Assembly (NCBI GenBank): GCA_965248835.1
Contig: CBDFLJ010000001.1
Location: forward strand, 2,036,939-2,100,938
From: Alphaproteobacteria bacterium
GTDB taxonomy: Bacteria > Pseudomonadota > Alphaproteobacteria > MPNO01
Direction: 5' to 3'
DNA length: 64,000 nt
Both the position numbers and the translations under genes were made by a program. Under the pieces are notes generated by a model, which was not told the DNA's origin, searched no databases, and worked only from the letters and a program-made list of their open reading frames with translations. Shown piece by piece: positions 51,526 to 59,814 of the stretch. Positions within the stretch are counted from its first letter, which is position 1, and each line of letters starts with the position of its first letter.

Positions 51526-52362
51526 TTAGTGGTGAATAACCCCCATCTCCTGGAACATCAGCCTGATCTCGTGAACGATCTTGATGAACCCGGGGGTGTC
51601 GTGGATGTTGAGATCGCGCGGACGGTCAAGCTCGACGTCCAGGATCGCCCGGATAGCGCCCGGCCGCGGGGTCATCACGATGACACGGTCGGACAGGAAG
51701 ACGGCTTCGCTGATGCTATGGGTAACGAACAGAACGGTTTTTTGCGAGCGCTGCCAGATCGTCTGGAGATCGACCTGCATTTGCTCGCGGGTCAGCGCAT
51801 CGAGCGCGCCGAACGGCTCGTCCATCAGCAGCATGGGCGGGTCCAGGAGCAGCGCACGGCAGAGCGCAACCCGTTGGCGCATGCCCCCGGACAGCTCGAA
51901 GGGCCGCTTGCCTTCGAATCCCTCAAGTCCGACCGAGCCGAGCAGTTCATGGGCCCGCGAGACGTAGGCGCTCTCGTCGAGCCCGCGCATAACGCATGAA
52001 AGCAGAACATTGCCGGCGACGGTTCGCCAATCGAGCAGCAGATCGCTCTGAAAAACGAAGCCGAGATCGGTATAGGGCTCGGTGACAGCGGTCCCGCCGA
52101 TCCGAACCTCGCCGCCGGTCGCCTCGAGCAGCCCGGCGACAACGGATAACAGCGTGCTCTTGCCGCAGCCGCTTGGACCGACGATGGTGACGAACTCGCC
52201 ACGCCGAACATGAAGATCAACGCCCTCGAGCGCGACAATCGGCTCACCGTCCTGGCCGACAAACGTCTTGTTGAGCGATTCGATCTCGATGAATCCGCTC
52301 GCGGCCCGCGCCCGCACTTCCGGTATTGCAACGGTCCGGATTTCCTGCGGGCGCGGCGTCAT
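51526..52362 (-). CDS. NitT/TauT-family ABC transporter ATP-binding protein
   Basis: GPSGCGKSTLL, LSGGMRQRVALCRAL and LLMDEPFGALD. The ATG at 52362 forms an ATGA overlap with the stop of the upstream gene fragment. Confidence 0.9.
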   Translation of the reverse strand: MTPRPQEIRTVAIPEVRARAASGFIEIESLNKTFVGQDGEPIVALEGVDLHVRRGEFVTIVGPSGCGKSTLLSVVAGLLEATGGEVRIGGTAVTEPYTDLGFVFQSDLLLDWRTVAGNVLLSCVMRGLDESAYVSRAHELLGSVGLEGFEGKRPFELSGGMRQRVALCRALLLDPPMLLMDEPFGALDALTREQMQVDLQTIWQRSQKTVLFVTHSISEAVFLSDRVIVMTPRPGAIRAILDVELDRPRDLNIHDTPGFIKIVHEIRLMFQEMGVIHH

Positions 52363-52790
52363 CAACCCGGCCCCGACGCGGGAGCAGCTTCGTCCGAGAA
52401 GACACGCATCACATCTTCCCAACCGATCGGGGTCGAATTAAACGCAGCGCCAAGCGGCTCGAGCGCATCGGCGACCGGGTTGGCGATCACCACCGGCGGT
52501 GCAACGGCGCCGCATTCGGCGAGCCCCTGGACCCCGAGCGGATTCAGTGGCGAGGGCGTCTCTTCATGGAGCACCCTGATCGGCGGAACCTCGGAGGCTG
52601 ACGGGACGCGGTCGTCCATGAAGCTCCCGGCGGGTAGCTGCGCGTTCTTGTCATGGACGATGTCCTGCAGCAGACCACCGTCCATCCCTTGGTCGAGCCC
52701 GCCCTTCAACTGGCCATCCCAGCCAGATCGCGGGGCGAGACAGATCTGCCGAAGGCCACGTTCAAATCCGGCACACCCCTGACACCGACA
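52362..52790 (-). pseudogene. 3' fragment of a molybdopterin-dependent hydroxylase large subunit (xanthine dehydrogenase/CoxL family)
   Basis: The translation ends ...SPLNPLGVQGLAECGAVAPPVVIANPVADAL...TPIGWEDV, the conserved C-terminus of this family. The upstream part is replaced at about 52797 by the 254-bp repeat. Confidence 0.6.
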
Positions 52791-52796
52791 TCGCCG

Positions 52797-53050
52797 TCGC
52801 CGTCGCGGAACTCGAGATCGGTCTGCGCACTCTCCAGCAGGTGTGCGTCAACGGTCAAGACCTTTTGCTTGAGACGATCGCTCGCCCGGGCGGCGGCCGC
52901 CCGGTAGCGGGCGCGATGGCAGGCGCCGAGGGGTCGGCTCGAACCGAACCGGCTGGTGCTCGTCGACGAGACCTGGACACCTCCAAAAAATCCCTCACCG
53001 CGGAATATAGAATGTTCGTAGATATTTTATTTCAATATCTTACGGGCCAC
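52797..53050. repeat. 254-bp direct repeat, copy 1 (serine-recombinase 5' end plus upstream AT-rich palindrome)
   Basis: Aligns without indels to 55382-55635, with about ten mismatches by eye. Contains AGATATT-N7-AATATCT at its distal end. Confidence 0.85.
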
Positions 53051-53129
53051 CTGACGCGAACGCGTCGAGGTTTTTTCAGAGGCGCCCAGGCGTCTTTTAT
53101 GTTCTATCCGCGCGGGGAATAGGTAGGTG

Positions 53130-53285
53130 ACCAGGGTGCCGGGGTGATCGACAGCCAGACGGTGAAAGCCCCGGCCGCTGGGGCGGAACGCGGCTATGAC
53201 GGCGCCAAGAAGACCATCGGCGGCAAGCCTCACGTGGCGGTGGATAGCGACTTCCGCCTGCTGATGGTCAACCTGACGACGGCGG
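53130..53285 (+). pseudogene. Internal fragment of an IS5-family transposase
   Basis: [46 protein letters not shown] parallels [45 protein letters not shown] of the element at 45.7-46.6 kb. Confidence 0.6.
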
Positions 53286-53587
53286 TTGTCGAGCGCCGGG
53301 GTGTCGACGCCGATGACGGCCCGACTCTTACGGCGCTGCGGCGGTTGCGCGACGGTTATATGACGCGCACGCCGGCCTCCCGCGTGCTGGTCGCGGAGTA
53401 TTGCGAAATCGCTCCGGCCATTGTCGCGGCGATCCCCGAGGATCATCCCGATTGGGGCTGGATCGCCGAGCGGATCGATGCCGGCGTGGCCGCGATCGAG
53501 GTCGAGGACGACCTAGGCGCCTTTGGCGCCTATGTCGAGATGGTGCGGCGGCTCTCGGAAAGCTGGTCCGCACTCAATGCCCAGTAA
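53286..53587 (+). CDS. Small hypothetical protein, probably 5'-truncated by the IS fragment
   Basis: The reading frame is continuous with the IS fragment. The DDGPTLTALRRLRDGYM...VLVAEYCEIAPAIVAAI region has a normal protein-like composition. No family was assigned. Confidence 0.4.
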
Positions 53588-53598
53588 GGAGACCGACG

Positions 53599-54500
53599 AT
53601 GCAACCAAGGATGAAGACGCTAACGGCGTGCCTGTTGTTGGCCGTGGGGCTGTCCCAGGTGTCCATTGCGGACGCGGAGGCCGCCGAGCCGTTCAAGCCG
53701 AGCAACATGAGCTCTCATGGCGCACAGTTCTTCAGGGAGCTGCTGACGGGCAGGGTGTACGTGTTCCATCTCCCATACGCCGCGTGGGGGCCAAATGCGG
53801 CTAAAGGGAGGACTTTAAGGGGTTATTACTTTCGCTCACGTGACGAGCTGGTTTACTGCGGCCGTAATAGTTTCAGCGGAGAGTACGATGGCAGGCTCTT
53901 CCGGTGGCGGGTGGTCTACAAGAACCACGCCAGGCTTCACGTTCACAAAGCGGGTGTGGAACCTGACCCGAAGTTTGTCAAAGCGCATTTGCCGATGTTC
54001 TACGACCCCGAGACGGGTGCGCTGGACCTGGAGTCTTTCACCCGCTCTTCCCGGATGTGGCTGCACTATAGGGGCGGCCATGTGCAGGAGACTTGGCCGC
54101 GGGCGTTGAAGAATGCCTGCCCCGACCTCGACCTTCCCGGCGATCTGGCGATCAACGAACGGCAAACCTCGCGCACTTGGCACGCGTTTCAGGCGCAGGA
54201 TCCGGACGCGCCGATCCGCAACTTCGCGGGCTCGCATCTGCGGGTGCTGGGCGCGAGGGGGTTTACCAAGAATACCCCCCTGGTCACCGAGGCCGAGATC
54301 CGGGCGTGGGTGAGGGCCAATGACGGCACAATCGTGCGCAACACCTGGGGTGTGCCTCGCGTGCTCGTGGCCGGCAGGGGCGCGGAGCGGAAGAACGAGA
54401 TCTGGAAGCTCGGCTGGAGCGGCGAAGGCGAAGTCGTAGATACGGCTTACGCGAGCAAGGCGGCGAACGGGCAGGAAATCCATCTTAAATGGGAGAGCGA
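53599..54500 (+). CDS. Secreted hypothetical protein
   Basis: AAGGAG RBS and signal peptide MQPRMKTLTACLLLAVGLSQVSIADA. Lower GC and a balanced amino-acid composition up to about 54500. After that the same frame becomes Arg/Pro-rich, so the true end is unclear. Confidence 0.6.
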
Positions 54501-54505
54501 AGCGC

Positions 54506-54838
54506 GTGTACCGCTACCACATCGGCTATCCCTTGGGCTACGCCCCTACCGGCCAGCGCTTCGCCGCCTTCCTGCTGTCGGACTGGATGGTCTCTCAGGA
54601 TCGCGAGATCGGCCTGCCCTTCTCCGGCCGCGAGAATGTCGGCTTCCGGTTCGCCGCCGACGGCACGCTCAGTGCCCGCACGGTGGATGGCAAGACGATC
54701 CCCGGCACCTGGCGGTGGTCGCGCGGCAGGCTGAACATCCGGCTCGATGGCATCGAGGAAGCGGCCACCTATAGATGGCGTGCCGTGGCCGAGCATTTGC
54801 GCTGGACGCCGCCTGCCAGGTCGCGCGGGCAAAGGTAG
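54506..54838 (+). CDS. Hypothetical protein, or the frameshifted C-terminus of the preceding gene
   Basis: GTG-initiated frame with protein-like composition (YRYHIGYPLGYAPTGQRFAAFLLSDWMVSQDREIGLPFSGRENVGFRF...). Confidence 0.45.
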   Translation: MYRYHIGYPLGYAPTGQRFAAFLLSDWMVSQDREIGLPFSGRENVGFRFAADGTLSARTVDGKTIPGTWRWSRGRLNIRLDGIEEAATYRWRAVAEHLRWTPPARSRGQR

Positions 54839-55059
54839 ACGGCGTGGCGCGTCGTCCCCGCCGGCTTGGTGTCGGTGGTGCGGTTCTCGCGCTGTTGCTC
54901 CCGTTCGCCGCGGCGGCGCAGGAACCGGCACCGTTGCCGCTGCCGTCAAACGACGCCTGGTTGGATCCCGGACCGCGTTCTCAGGGGGGCGCTGTGGATC
55001 GCGGATCGGCGCCGGAGCCCGCCAATCCGCCCGTGAGGCATTCTCCCACCCGGAGCGCT

Positions 55060-55540
55060 GAAACGCTTCCGTCCGCCGGAGCCGCAACCGTCGCGGACCT
55101 GGCCTTCCATGCCGCGGCGAGTCTTCACCGCCAGAGCCTCGAGGAACGTTTCATTCATCGGGTCCTTGAACCCGACGTGCATAGCGTTAATTTCCTCTTC
55201 CTCGAGTGTGACCAGTTTCACTCCGTAGTAGCGGAGCCGTTTGTAGATCGTTGCCGTGTCCGCCTGATCGCGGCTGAGGCGATCAAGCGCGTCGGCGTAG
55301 ATTGCCTCGAAGCAACCGTTCTTGGCGTCTGCCATGAGCTTCTGCAGGCCATCGCGTTGGTGGACCGACGCACCGGAGGCCGCGCCGTCGCGGAACTCGA
55401 GATCGGTCTGCGCACTCTCCAGCAGGTGTGCGTCAACGGTCAAGACCTTTTGCTTGAGACGATCGCTCGCCCGGGCGGCGGCCGCCCGGTAGCGGGCGCG
55501 ATGGCAGGCGCCGAGGGGCCGGCTCGAACCGAACCGTCTG
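55060..55540 (-). pseudogene. N-terminal (resolvase-domain) fragment of a large serine recombinase
   Basis: ...FRDGAASGAS...GLQKLMADAKNGCFEAIYADALDRLSRDQADTATIYKRLRYYGVKLVTLEEEEI...HVGFKDPMNETFLEALAVKTRRGMEGQV. The position of the catalytic Ser (ARYS) reads ARYR. There is no ATG in frame upstream. Confidence 0.7.
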
Positions 55541-55635
55541 GTGTTCGTCGCCGAGACCTGGACACCTCTAAAAAACCCCTCACCGCGGAATATAGAATGT
55601 TCACAGATGTTTTATTTCAATATCTTACGGACCAC
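55382..55635. repeat. 254-bp direct repeat, copy 2
   Basis: See copy 1. Here the repeat continues leftward into the longer recombinase fragment. One palindrome arm carries a mismatch (AGATGTT). Confidence 0.85.
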
Positions 55636-55704
55636 TTGGCTACCGGTGTGAGGCAGGACTGAACCGGGATTCTCCGTATTGCAAATCCCCCTTAGAGTGT
55701 TGCT

Positions 55705-56556
55705 ATGAAAAAGATCCCACTCTCGCGGGACAGCCGCCGCCGTATCAAACATGCCAATGCGTATTACGTTGAGGGCCGAATCGGCGCTTACTCCTACGAC
55801 CATATATACGGAGCCGCCGCGTCTGCCGCGGCAGATTTTTTCATCGACTGGGCCGCGCGGTTCGGCGGCCCGGTGTTGGAACTCGGCGCCGGGACCGGGT
55901 TGATAAGCTGGCCCGTCGCGGCGGCTGGTTTCGACGTCGTCGCGGTCGATTTATCGGCCGAAATGCTCGCCCTCGCTGAGCGAAAGCAAGAGCACTACCC
56001 GCAGGATGTCGTCGATCGCCTCCGGTTCATCCGTGCCGACATGGTCGACTTCGAGATCGAGCAGCGGTTTCGAACGGTGATGCTGCCGGGACGATCGTTC
56101 CAGCATCTGCTGACGCCCGAGGACCAGCGCGCCGCGCTGCGTCAAATCCACACCCACCTCGAACCGGGCGGTGGCCTGGTTCTGACGCTTTTCGACCCCG
56201 ATCTACGATATTGCGTTCCCGGCGCACGGCCGCCGATCGAACGGGAGCAGTTCGAAGACCCGGCCTCGGGACACCGGATCCGCCGGACGTTTCTCGATCG
56301 CCAAACCGATCCCCTACGTCAGGTGTTCAGCGAAACGATTCGCCTGGAATTGCTCGAAGCCGGCGGCAAGATTTTAGCCTCCCAAAAAACACGATGGTCG
56401 ATGCGCTGGAGCTATCAACAAGAAATGCGCTATTTGATCGAAGCCAGCGGCTTTGAGATTGACGCTTTATTTTCCGATTTTTCCGGCGCCCCGGCGGATT
56501 ATGGTGAGGAACAAATCTGGATCGCCCACCGCGGGAAATCTCTGCCAACGCGATAA
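55705..56556 (+). CDS. Class I SAM-dependent methyltransferase
   Basis: VLELGAGTGLISWPVAAAGFDVVAVDLSAEML (motif I and post-I), and later GGLVLTLFDP. Confidence 0.85.
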   Translation: MKKIPLSRDSRRRIKHANAYYVEGRIGAYSYDHIYGAAASAAADFFIDWAARFGGPVLELGAGTGLISWPVAAAGFDVVAVDLSAEMLALAERKQEHYPQDVVDRLRFIRADMVDFEIEQRFRTVMLPGRSFQHLLTPEDQRAALRQIHTHLEPGGGLVLTLFDPDLRYCVPGARPPIEREQFEDPASGHRIRRTFLDRQTDPLRQVFSETIRLELLEAGGKILASQKTRWSMRWSYQQEMRYLIEASGFEIDALFSDFSGAPADYGEEQIWIAHRGKSLPTR

Positions 56557-56589
56557 ACCGACATTTCCCGGATGACCTCCAATTCGCAG

Positions 56590-57413
56590 CCAGTCGCAGG
56601 TGACTCCTATCACCGATTGGAGGACTTTTCCTCTGCGGCAATCCGACAGTGCCGATTTGATGATTGGGCCAACGTGGTGCGCCGCGGGCCCGCGGCCGAG
56701 ATCGAAGCCGCCGTCATCGACCGGCTTCGGGGCCTGCTGCGCCAACCCGAGATCGTCGTCGCCACCTGGCGCGCGGTTCGGGAACGGGACGACGCGCTCA
56801 CCGAGGCCGAGGTACGTGAGGCCCTTCACGGCCTCGATCCCCTGTAGGACGAGTTGTTCCCCGCCGAGCAGGCCCGCCTGGTCCGGCTTCTCGTCCGGCG
56901 TGTCGAGGTCCAGCCAAACGGGTTGAGGCTGCATCTCCGCGTCGACGGGCTCCGAAGTCTGGTCGCCGACATGAGGGTGGAACAGAGCCAGCGGAGGGCC
57001 GCCTGATGACCGACGCCCAGCTCAGCGAAGACGGCGCCACCCTCACCGTCTGGGCCCCCATGGCCTTCAAGGCCCGCGGCGGGCGCAAGCTGGTGGTCTC
57101 GCCCGACGGTATGCCGGCCTGGGCTGGGCCCCGAAGCCGGGTCGACGACACCCTGGTCAAGGCGCTCGCCCGCGCTTTCCGCCGGCGCCGGCTGCTGGAG
57201 ACCGGCGTCCACGGCACGGTCGACGAGATCGCCCGCGCCGAGGGCATCAACGATTCCTACCTGAGCCGCATCCTGCGCCTCACCCTGCTCGCGCCCGACA
57301 TCGTGGACGCGATCCTCGACGGACGCCAGCAGCCCGTGCTCACGATGGCGCGGTTGATGAAGCCGTTTCCGGCGGCGTGGGAGGATCAGAGGGCGCGTTT
57401 GCTGGACGGGTGA
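56590..57413 (+). pseudogene. C-terminal remnant of a large serine recombinase
   Basis: ...LHGLDPL, then a TAG where the conserved Trp of LWDELFPAEQARLV is expected (56845-56847), then LVRRVEVQPNGLRLHLRVDGL. The downstream ORF 57006-57413 carries TLVKALARAFRRRRLLETG...SYLSRILRLTLLAPDIVDAILDGRQ. Confidence 0.65.
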
Positions 57414-57446
57414 GGTGGCGTGAGCCGATTGGTTCCCACACGGTCG

Positions 57447-58056
57447 CTGCGCCCCGGCGGGGTTCTTGCGCCGCCGGTCTTCACCGTCCACCGCGCATCT
57501 GTGTCCTTCTGCGCCGCCTTGGCCGGCTGATCGGGCCAGATCTCGGACGCGCTCTTGCCCGCCTTGATCGCCGCCTTCTCGTCGTCGCTGTTGCCTGCTT
57601 GGGCGCCGATACCAACGTCGCATCGACGATCTGCCCGCCCATCGCCAGATAGCCGCACCGGCGCAGTTCGCCATCGAAGGCGGCAAACAGCTTATCCATC
57701 GCCCCGGCCCGGACCAGACGCTCGCGAAAGATCCATATGGTGTTGCGGTCCGGCGTCGGCGCTCCGAGATCGAAGCCCAGGAAGCGAAGCCAGCTCAAGC
57801 GGTCGCGGATCAGAAACTCCATCCGCTCGTCGCTCACCGTGTGCCGCGCGGCCAGGATCAGTACCTTGAACATCGCCACCGCATCGTAGGCCGGGCGGCC
57901 GCCTTTCGATCCGTCCGAATAGCCCAGCGCCGCCTCAAGCGGCGCGCGGAAAATCTCGAAGTCGACGACCTTCGCCAGCACCTCCAACGGATCACCCGTC
58001 GCCGATAGCTTCCGAAGATGATCCGGTAAGCCGAACAGACCAGCCTGCCTCATCAA
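57447..58056 (-). pseudogene. IS5-family transposase, N-terminal half only
   Basis: MMRQAGLFGLPDHLRKL...GGRPAYDAVAMFKVLILAARHTVSDERMEFLIRDRLSWLRFLGF...DATLVSAPKQ...PAKAAQKDTDARWTVK. Homology stops at 57447. The last 83 nt duplicate 47252-47335. Confidence 0.75.
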
Positions 58057-58250
58057 TACCTCCTCGAACCGAACCGCCGTAGAGAATCACAACCAGGCAA
58101 AATTCGCGAGGTAAATGGAGGCGTCCAATTGGAATGGAGGCGCCATACCGGCAATTGAGCTTTTGCCGTCGGCCCTGTTTTCCGTAAGATTGTTGACCGA
58201 CAGAACAAATCCGGGGCACGTTGCAGAGAGCCCCGAGGGAGGATGCAACC

Positions 58251-59306
58251 ATGAGGAATTCGTTCAAGAACGCATTCGTTGCCGCAGCCGTCGCTGCGCT
58301 TGTCTGGGTGCCATCCGCGGGCGCCAAGACGGTCGAGCTCAAATACGCGGGTTTCGTCCCTGCCGGCCATTTCATGTCGAAATACATCACAGCCTGGGCC
58401 GCCAAGCTCGAAGCGCTGTCGATCGGGGGGATGAAGATCGCCCTCTACCACGGCGCCCAAATGGGCCCGCCGCCCAAATACTACGACATAGCGCGCAAGG
58501 GCGTCGCCGACTTCACCTGGATCCTGCACGGGGCCACGCCGGGTCGTTTCCCGCTAAACGAGCTGATCCAATTGCCCTACACGGTGCCGAGCGCCGAGGT
58601 CGGCACGCTGGTTCTCAACCAGCCCGATCTCAGAGAGATGCTCGACAAGGAGCACCGCGGGCTCAAGGTCCTATACCTTCTGACCCACCAGCCGGGCAAC
58701 CTGCACACCAGGACGCGTCCGGTGCGCACGGCCGAGGACATGAAGGGGCTGCGCATCCGCTTTGCCTCGCCGACCATTCGCGAGTGGGTCCGGGCGCTCG
58801 GCGGAACGCCGGTCGGAATGCCGCCGACCCAGATCGCCGACGGCCTGCAGAAGGGCACCATCGACGGCGTGTTTATCGACTATGGCGGGGCGCACACGGC
58901 ATTCAAGCTGGGCGGACTCGTCAAGCACACGACCGAGATGTACTCCTACGTTTCGAGCTTCTCCGTCGTCATGAACCCCAAGTCGTTCAGCAAGCTGTCC
59001 AGGACCTACCAGGATCTCATCACCTCGTCGACGACCGGCATCGCGCGCGAGGTCGGGCGGATGTGGGACGCCGCCGACGCCCCCGGCAAGGCGTATCTCG
59101 TGAGCGAGGGCGGCGAGACGATCCACCTGTCCGAGGTCGAAGACGCCAAGTTCAAGAGCATCGCCCAGAGCGTCAGCGAAAGCAGGCTCGCCGAGCTCGA
59201 AGGCAAGGGACTGCCGGCGCGCGAGATCTACGGCAAGATGAGAGCGTATTCCGAGAAGTTCGCGGCGTCGGCGAAGAACTTCTGGGTCGGGCTGAAACGC
59301 CGTTAG
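58251..59306 (+). CDS. TRAP transporter substrate-binding protein (DctP family)
   Basis: GGGAGGA RBS and signal peptide MRNSFKNAFVAAAVAALVWVPSAGA. Followed by the small and large TRAP permease genes. Confidence 0.88.
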   Translation: MRNSFKNAFVAAAVAALVWVPSAGAKTVELKYAGFVPAGHFMSKYITAWAAKLEALSIGGMKIALYHGAQMGPPPKYYDIARKGVADFTWILHGATPGRFPLNELIQLPYTVPSAEVGTLVLNQPDLREMLDKEHRGLKVLYLLTHQPGNLHTRTRPVRTAEDMKGLRIRFASPTIREWVRALGGTPVGMPPTQIADGLQKGTIDGVFIDYGGAHTAFKLGGLVKHTTEMYSYVSSFSVVMNPKSFSKLSRTYQDLITSSTTGIAREVGRMWDAADAPGKAYLVSEGGETIHLSEVEDAKFKSIAQSVSESRLAELEGKGLPAREIYGKMRAYSEKFAASAKNFWVGLKRR

Positions 59307-59310
59307 GTCC

Positions 59311-59814
59311 GTGCCCGCCGTGGGGCTGGATGCGGCCTTCGATACGGCGGCGCGGTATCTGACCCGCGCCGCCGTCCTCTTTCTCGCCGCGATGATGATG
59401 ATCACCGTGGTGGACATCCCGTTGCGGGCGATCAACCTGCCGATCTTCGGTACCTTCGACCTGGTCGAACTGTTTCTGGTCGCGATGGTCTATCTGGCCA
59501 TCCCCGAGACCTTCCTGCGCCGCGAGCACGTCGTCGTCGAGGTCCTCGACCATGTCTTCGGGCCGCGGCTGCGGCCCGTGTTCGAGACGATCTCGACCGG
59601 GCTCGCGCTCGTTCTGCTGGTCCTGATGGAAATTCACATGGTCGAGCCCGCGCTGGACATGTACGCGTTCGGCGACGAAACCAAGGACCTCGAGATCCCG
59701 AAGATTGTCCACTGGGTGCCGATCCTGCTCGGCATCGCCTGCTCGATGCTGGCGGTGGCGTTGTTGTTCGTGCGCGACATGCTGCGGCTTACCAGATCGG
59801 TGCGGATCCGATGA
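59311..59814 (+). CDS. TRAP transporter small permease (DctQ family)
   Basis: Four predicted TM helices of the expected size. The stop overlaps the dctM ATG (ATGA). The start (GTG at 59311) is uncertain. Confidence 0.8.
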   Translation: MPAVGLDAAFDTAARYLTRAAVLFLAAMMMITVVDIPLRAINLPIFGTFDLVELFLVAMVYLAIPETFLRREHVVVEVLDHVFGPRLRPVFETISTGLALVLLVLMEIHMVEPALDMYAFGDETKDLEIPKIVHWVPILLGIACSMLAVALLFVRDMLRLTRSVRIR

